Shown: positions 26,717-32,000 of the stretch, piece after piece
Layout of the letters: each line of letters begins with the position of its first letter
Numbering within the stretch: position 1 is the first letter of the stretch
Source of the DNA: Erysipelothrix inopinata
Lineage (GTDB): Bacteria; Bacillota_I; Bacilli_A; Erysipelotrichales; Erysipelotrichaceae
Reading direction: 5' to 3'
Length of the DNA stretch: 32,000 bases
Assembly (NCBI RefSeq): GCF_014396165.1
Contig: NZ_CP060715.1
Coordinates: 1,110,001-1,142,000 of the forward strand
Notes under the pieces: generated by a model
Told to the model about the DNA's origin: nothing
Seen by the model: only the letters and a program-made list of their open reading frames with translations
Database searches by the model: none
Translations under genes and position numbers: made by a program

Positions 26717-27481
26717 ATGAAATTAGAATCATTAATCAACGAACACTACCACAATCTGAGTGAAGTAGATCGTCATGTACTTCAGTATATTGTAGCGAAT
26801 CAAAGGGATATCGATTCCCATACAATTTCAGATATTGCGGAAGAATGTAATACCTCAACGACATCTATATATAGAGCAGTTAAAAAATTAGGATTCTCAG
26901 GTTACAGTGAGTTTCGTTTTTTTATTAAAAATCAAAACTCACAAACTGAGGTTGTTTCGGATATGAATCTAAAAGATGAAATGTCTAATAATATCAAACA
27001 AACAATGAAGCTACTTGAAGATGAAAAAGTTGAAGCGGTATGCTCATTACTTTATAATTCAAAACAAATTTATGCTTATGGTACAGGCTGGAAACAATCT
27101 GCAATTATTAAATCCATGAGTAATGACCTCAACTATTATGGTAAGCATTTACTACATCTTAGAACAATGACTGATCTAGAGAATATGAGTCACGTTATGA
27201 CACCAGATGATGTTGTCATTATTATTTCGTTAAGTGGTAATACAGAAGGGCTCAATAAGACATTAAACATATTGAATCTTAGAGAAGTTCCTATTGTTGC
27301 GATTGCTCCATCTAATGTAAATGTTTTATCCAGTCGTGCTACTTATACCTTATATCACAATCCCAATATTTTAGGAGATGTTTCGTATATCAAGCATTGG
27401 TCAACTTTTGAAGTGAATCTCATCATTGATTACTTAGTTAATAGTTATGCTAAATATTCATATACCAAAAATAATATATAA
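26717..27481 (+). CDS. RpiR/MurR-family transcriptional regulator (HTH + SIS domain)
   Basis: The N-terminal HTH_6-like ISDIAEECNTSTTSIYRAVKKLGFSGYSEFR is followed by a SIS-like IYAYGTG...IIISLSGNT. Confidence 0.85.
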   Translation: MKLESLINEHYHNLSEVDRHVLQYIVANQRDIDSHTISDIAEECNTSTTSIYRAVKKLGFSGYSEFRFFIKNQNSQTEVVSDMNLKDEMSNNIKQTMKLLEDEKVEAVCSLLYNSKQIYAYGTGWKQSAIIKSMSNDLNYYGKHLLHLRTMTDLENMSHVMTPDDVVIIISLSGNTEGLNKTLNILNLREVPIVAIAPSNVNVLSSRATYTLYHNPNILGDVSYIKHWSTFEVNLIIDYLVNSYAKYSYTKNNI

Positions 27482-27537
27482 ATTTAGGGAAAATCATATT
27501 CAGGGCATATTTATATACCTAGGGGGTATTTATTATT

Positions 27538-28032
27538 ATGTCAGATAAAACTGAATCACAGACTACATCAACTTTTACAACTAAACCTAAAAAGATGATT
27601 TTATTTGAAATTGTACTTCTTGTGATTATCTTTGTTTCGTATCACCGTTTTACAAATGCTCAAACAGGCATGCCGATTGAAAGAGAAGTTGCCTTATATC
27701 TATATATTCCCACATACTCATGTATCATTGTTTTTATAGTTCTTTCAATTCTAGATACCAATAAGAACCGACATCTAAACAAGTTAGTTGTGATGAATGG
27801 AATTCTTGCTTCACTATTCTTTGGTATAAACCTCGACAAAGAATTGCATAGCTCTTATCATGTGACACTGAGTGATATGCTTAATCCACACTTAAAAGAT
27901 TATACGATATCTATTAATGCGCTAATAATTATGTTTGGTATCGTTTTAATACTTACAGGTATCTATTTTTCAGCATTTATTAAGAAGCGGAAGTTGCAGA
28001 AGAATAATGAATGCTTACCCGCAAAATGTTAG
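27538..28032 (+). CDS. Small integral membrane protein, unknown function
   Basis: 164 aa with about 4 hydrophobic segments. No motif recognised. Confidence 0.5.
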   Translation: MSDKTESQTTSTFTTKPKKMILFEIVLLVIIFVSYHRFTNAQTGMPIEREVALYLYIPTYSCIIVFIVLSILDTNKNRHLNKLVVMNGILASLFFGINLDKELHSSYHVTLSDMLNPHLKDYTISINALIIMFGIVLILTGIYFSAFIKKRKLQKNNECLPAKC

Positions 28033-28134
28033 TTCTTCATGGTTTCAAAATTGTGATACAAGTAAGAAAAGCGTTTTTATTGTATGAAAGGAGGATAGAA
28101 AAAGTGACGCTAAGCAAATAAAGGGGGGATAAAA

Positions 28135-28683
28135 ATGGCTTCTGAATTAAATACTGGTTTTCCTATTTATGTTCTCGTATATATTTACATATATTTTAGA
28201 TACATGAAAAACATGGAGGCTAAGCAGATATTTTGGTTTACATCTTTTGTAATATATTTGTTCTTAGTTATAGATATTACAATTTTTCCGATTCCAACAT
28301 CCTTAGAAAGAATTCAATATAACTTCATTATTAGAGATGGTAATTCAGTTCTAGATTCTATCAACTTAATTCCTAACCTTAGTCTAAATAATATTCTTTC
28401 TAGGAATTTCTTTTTAAATATGGTTATGTTTGCGCCATTCGGTTTTTTGATAAATGTAATCTTTATCGAAAGCAGTCGCTTCAAGAAAACATTTTTTGGG
28501 AGTTTGATGTTTACTCTATCGATTGAGTTAACTCAACTTGCTCTTTTATTTTTTACTGGATCATTCAAAACTGTAGATATTGATGATATAGTTTCTAACA
28601 TTCTTGGGTCACTTATCGGACTATTATTTTTCTCTATTTTATTTAATCAGATAAAGGGGGATAAAGAACGAAAAGAAATATAG
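28135..28683 (+). CDS. VanZ-like membrane protein
   Basis: 182 aa. The NLIPN...FFLNMVMFAPFGFL pattern and the C-terminal DIDDIVSNILGSLIG are typical of the VanZ family. GGGGGGA RBS. Confidence 0.65.
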   Translation: MASELNTGFPIYVLVYIYIYFRYMKNMEAKQIFWFTSFVIYLFLVIDITIFPIPTSLERIQYNFIIRDGNSVLDSINLIPNLSLNNILSRNFFLNMVMFAPFGFLINVIFIESSRFKKTFFGSLMFTLSIELTQLALLFFTGSFKTVDIDDIVSNILGSLIGLLFFSILFNQIKGDKERKEI

Positions 28684-29068
28684 CAGTTTTTATATTTTCT
28701 CTATCATCATTCTTATCTCTATCCTTTCTTACTTCTTTGCGACGAATGCAAATAAATTCTTTTTTAATCTTCGATAAACAAGTCACCCTATAATGCACAA
28801 ATTCTTAAATCAGATTTTTCAAAAATATGAATAGGGTATTAGATAAAGTAAAAGAGAATGTCTGACAAAAAGGACGTGCTTTCTTTAATGTACATAGAAA
28901 CTTTACATGACGAAAATCATATGCTAAAGTAACTTTAAAGAAGGTATGCATCATAAATACCTCGTCAGTTTACTCTACATGATTTAATTTCAAATATATT
29001 ATTAGTCAAATCCTCAAAACTTATCATATTTTCTATTGTTGGTGCACTTATGAAAGGCAGGATACGCA

Positions 29069-31252
29069 ATGAAAAAGGTAAATAAAGTTTTGAATATACT
29101 CCTTGCAACCCTTTTCTGTTTTCTAGCAATTCAAAAACTAGATGGTGCGAATGATTTTTTAGGATCGTATCCTTTTTATTATGAAGACATTAATGAAGAA
29201 AATGAAATTCTTCAATTATCATTGAATACAAATATTGATCAACTTAAAACTAATTCGCTGAAGGATGTAATTTTAAAAATGTTTGAGACGTATCCTTATG
29301 ATGGATATGTTCAATCGATGAGTTCGACGACAAGAAAGTCTAAGGATGAAATGGCATATTCCATTTACGTATATCCTAGCAAAACGATTCAACCTAATGG
29401 ATCTATTTATAGTCATTTAACTTTTGATACCGTGAATCCGATACAATATCATTCACTTGAGTCCTCAGGCTACTTAACCAATGATCTTAATGATTTGAAT
29501 GCATATGCTCGCGTTAAACAACCAACCAAGATTAACAAAGAAGTTAAAGACTTTTTTGGAAACCAAAGTTATCAAATTTATCCCTGGACAAAATTTGAGG
29601 AAGTAGATATATCGGAAGTATCTTCATATACCATCCGATTCTATGTTCCAATCAGTGAAATCGAGGCCTTCAAGAAGGAAGTATATGAAGACTTTAGTCA
29701 AGAGTTCGGATGTACTACAGACATGTCTAACGAGATAATTAATGTGTGCGGACCAGGTGTGCTTGGCGTAGACAGTGGATTTACATATGTTAGTGAGACT
29801 CTAGATTTTATAAACATATCAAATTTACTATCATTTCCTACAAGCTTAGTATTTATAACTTTCGCGGCAACAATCGTCGTCTTGTTCTATCAAAGTCTTG
29901 TTCAGAGAAGAGAACTAACGGTTCGTATCATCAATGGTAATACACCCATAAAAATATATAAAGAGGTATTTTTTCCGGTTGTTGTATCGCCATTCCTTTA
30001 CTTTGCAGTTACTTCGGGGATAATATCCTTTCTCTTCGTAAATTTTGATGTGGGTTTGAGTTCAGTTCATCTGAAGAAGGTACTGACAGTAATTGCGTGC
30101 TACTTTCTAATCTCACTACTTTTAAGTATTATCTTTTTCTTAGTTTTCTACATTACGCAAGGGAGTATCGTTTTGAAGAAGGACTCCAATGCGAGAATCA
30201 GTTTGTGGATGAGTTACTTATTGAAAATTGGAATAATAGTAGCACTGCTTGTACCATTATCTAAGGATTTGGAAGCGTTGAATAATTCGAAGCAATATCT
30301 GAAACATTTTGATTCAAGTATGCTCTATAGAACAGGGAAAATAGTTTCAATTTATGAAAATTCAACTTTGAACACTGAAGATAGTGAAAAAGAAAGTAGA
30401 TATATATTTGAGCTCATGACAAGACATGGTTTAGACTACTTAAACTTTGATTTTTTTGGACACGTTGCTTCCGAAAAAAATACGAGTTTTATAGCAGTGA
30501 ATAAGAATTTCTTAAGTAAGTTTCAAATCATGAAATCAGATGGTACTCGTTTAAATACTGATGAATTGAATCATGATGTTTTAATTGGAACACAAAATAA
30601 TCTTGACTTATTCCACAACCCATCAATTCAGAGTATAGATAAAATCGCTGTAGATTATACACTCGATGCATTATTCATCGTTTCAGGATTTTATGCACAG
30701 AACCCAGTCGTATATGTACTCACATCTTATGAAAATCCAGTTCTTAGTTTGGGTAATTACTCTATTGTGACAGACCAAAATGATATTCAAGAATTCATAA
30801 CTGAAGTAAACGAGGTTGCCTCAGTATCAGAGATTATTAAAATCGAAGATATGCGTGAGTATATGAGTGATAAATATAAATCTGATCAAATAAAAGTTTA
30901 CTTAGAATTATTTAGTTTTCTAATCATGTTAATTATTTTTTCTACACTTGCTATCACAGCATTCTTTGAAATTAATCGTAAGAAACTTGCAGTAGAATAT
31001 CTTCATGGTATCGGAAGAATACAAAGGTATCGAGAATTGATTGTGTTTGAAGGAGTCAGTCTTATACTATCCTTCGTAATATTGTTTATGATCAACCAAC
31101 ATCAAAGTACAGAAATTGTTAACTATGTAGATACACAAATAATTACTTCTTTGTGTGTACTCATTGTAGTGATTGATTTTGCTATCTGTAGTATCTATAT
31201 CAGAAAGTTTGAAAAAGAACAAACATCTATGATTCTCAAAGGAAGCATCTAA
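29069..31252 (+). CDS. Large multi-pass membrane protein, DUF1430 / bacteriocin-associated (FtsX-like permease) type
   Basis: 727 aa: signal/TM, about 230-aa extracytoplasmic region, TM cluster, second soluble region, C-terminal TM cluster. The family call is from memory of this architecture only. Confidence 0.55.
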   Translation: MKKVNKVLNILLATLFCFLAIQKLDGANDFLGSYPFYYEDINEENEILQLSLNTNIDQLKTNSLKDVILKMFETYPYDGYVQSMSSTTRKSKDEMAYSIYVYPSKTIQPNGSIYSHLTFDTVNPIQYHSLESSGYLTNDLNDLNAYARVKQPTKINKEVKDFFGNQSYQIYPWTKFEEVDISEVSSYTIRFYVPISEIEAFKKEVYEDFSQEFGCTTDMSNEIINVCGPGVLGVDSGFTYVSETLDFINISNLLSFPTSLVFITFAATIVVLFYQSLVQRRELTVRIINGNTPIKIYKEVFFPVVVSPFLYFAVTSGIISFLFVNFDVGLSSVHLKKVLTVIACYFLISLLLSIIFFLVFYITQGSIVLKKDSNARISLWMSYLLKIGIIVALLVPLSKDLEALNNSKQYLKHFDSSMLYRTGKIVSIYENSTLNTEDSEKESRYIFELMTRHGLDYLNFDFFGHVASEKNTSFIAVNKNFLSKFQIMKSDGTRLNTDELNHDVLIGTQNNLDLFHNPSIQSIDKIAVDYTLDALFIVSGFYAQNPVVYVLTSYENPVLSLGNYSIVTDQNDIQEFITEVNEVASVSEIIKIEDMREYMSDKYKSDQIKVYLELFSFLIMLIIFSTLAITAFFEINRKKLAVEYLHGIGRIQRYRELIVFEGVSLILSFVILFMINQHQSTEIVNYVDTQIITSLCVLIVVIDFAICSIYIRKFEKEQTSMILKGSI

Positions 31253-31271
31253 AAATTTCTAAACTAAAAAA

Positions 31272-31305
31272 GCCAGGAGTCTCGCAAATTGAGAATCTTG
31301 GCTTT
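31272..31305. terminator. Bidirectional terminator between convergent genes
   Basis: GCCAGGAGTCTC (31272-31283) pairs with GAGAATCTTGGC (31291-31302) with two G-U pairs. It has an A run upstream and TTT downstream. Confidence 0.6.
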
Positions 31306-31311
31306 GTATTG

Positions 31312-31938
31312 TTATAGATAAACGACACGTTCAGTGGCATTAATTATTTCAGTATCATGTGTGACAATAATAACAGTCTTACCACTTTGATGAAGTTCAT
31401 GAAGTAGATTCATGACAATGTGTTTATTTTCGTCATCAAGACTTCCAGTTGGTTCGTCACAAAGAATAAGATTAGAGTCTTTAAGTAAGAGCCTTGCTAT
31501 CGCAATACGTTGTTGCTCTCCACCAGAACACGTATACACTTTCCGATTTAAATAATCAATGAGACCGACATTATCTAATGTTGCATTCAAATCAGAGTCT
31601 TTAATCTGTTTTCGTGAAAGTGCAAGTTCAAGATTATAACGAACTGTTTTGTTATCAATGAGCGCAAAGTTTTGAAAGAGATAACCGATACTATCTTTCA
31701 AAATTTTAGTAGCTTCGTTACTAAAGGGTTTGGGTGCTTTCTTCCCATAGAGTAGGTAAGTACCACCATCAAAAGTTTCGAGAAGGCCGAGTATGTTTAA
31801 GATTGTTGATTTTCCTGAACCTGACCTACCAGAAATACAGATCATCTCACCTTCATTGATTTCTAAATTGAAGTTTTCTAATACAGGGATGTTATTATAG
31901 CTTTTATTTACATCCTTTAGTTGAATTATTGGTGTCAT
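31312..31938 (-). CDS. ABC transporter ATP-binding protein (small, MacB/bacteriocin-export-like)
   Basis: Walker A GRSGSGKST, signature CSGGEQQR, Walker B LILCDEPTGSLD, H-loop VTHD. 208 aa with an AGGAGAA RBS. Confidence 0.9.
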   Translation of the reverse strand: MTPIIQLKDVNKSYNNIPVLENFNLEINEGEMICISGRSGSGKSTILNILGLLETFDGGTYLLYGKKAPKPFSNEATKILKDSIGYLFQNFALIDNKTVRYNLELALSRKQIKDSDLNATLDNVGLIDYLNRKVYTCSGGEQQRIAIARLLLKDSNLILCDEPTGSLDDENKHIVMNLLHELHQSGKTVIIVTHDTEIINATERVVYL

Positions 31939-32000
31939 GAATTTTCTCCTTTCAGAACCGTTGAGCTTGTTGATTTTTGGAATGTTCGTGCCATACTCAA

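Noticed and set aside
28827-28935. Short ORFs (12 aa and 24 aa, e.g. MSDKKDVLSLMYIETLHDENHMLK) upstream of the DUF1430-like gene, considered as a bacteriocin precursor
   Set aside because: There is no signal or leader peptide and no convincing RBS. They are far shorter than lactococcin-972-type precursors.
31978-31993. Sigma-54-like TGGCAC-N5-TTCCA on the minus strand, about 40 nt upstream of the ABC ATPase start
   Set aside because: The -12 element reads TTCC and lacks the conserved GC dinucleotide. No GACACA repeats can be assessed because the window ends. It may simply be coding sequence of an upstream minus-strand gene.
1-32000. CRISPR arrays, tRNA/rRNA genes, intact IS elements or integrases
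   Set aside because: No regularly spaced direct repeats, no GC-rich cloverleaf-like segments in the intergenic regions, and no ORF with transposase or recombinase motifs could be found by eye.

Overview
Low-GC Firmicutes-type chromosomal window with strong AGGAGG ribosome-binding sites and rho-independent terminators. It has three parts. (1) 1-11 kb is a self-contained sigma-54 module. It holds a DMT/EamA transporter, a LevR-type sigma-54 activator, a mannose-family PTS (EIIA-B-C-D), rpoN itself, a 6-phosphogluconate dehydrogenase and a type-B carboxylesterase. Two near-consensus -24/-12 promoters are present, each preceded at the same distance by tandem GACACA(G) repeats. (2) About 11.0-22.0 kb is a visibly more AT-rich accessory (defence) island with no integrase. 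It contains a PHP-phosphoesterase/SMC-like ATPase fusion with an overlapping small acidic ORF, then a 1.2-kb gene-less gap. Next come a KAP-family P-loop NTPase broken by two -1 frameshifts (both in A7 runs) and an orphan 231-aa gene. The island ends with a DpnII-type GATC restriction-modification cassette (HTH-fused Dam-like methylase, second methylase, endonuclease) followed directly by an AbiH-family abortive-infection gene. A 13-bp direct repeat brackets the island genes. (3) 22-32 kb is ordinary accessory metabolism and envelope. It holds a lipoprotein and a minus-strand sugar operon (Glc-family PTS EIICB, YdjC/ChbG deacetylase, GH4 6-phospho-glycosidase) with a divergent RpiR regulator and a cre-like site. 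Two small membrane proteins follow (one VanZ-like), then a DUF1430-like multi-pass membrane protein convergent with an ABC ATPase. No rRNA, tRNA, CRISPR array or intact transposase was seen. All calls rest on motif recognition by eye; no database search was possible.
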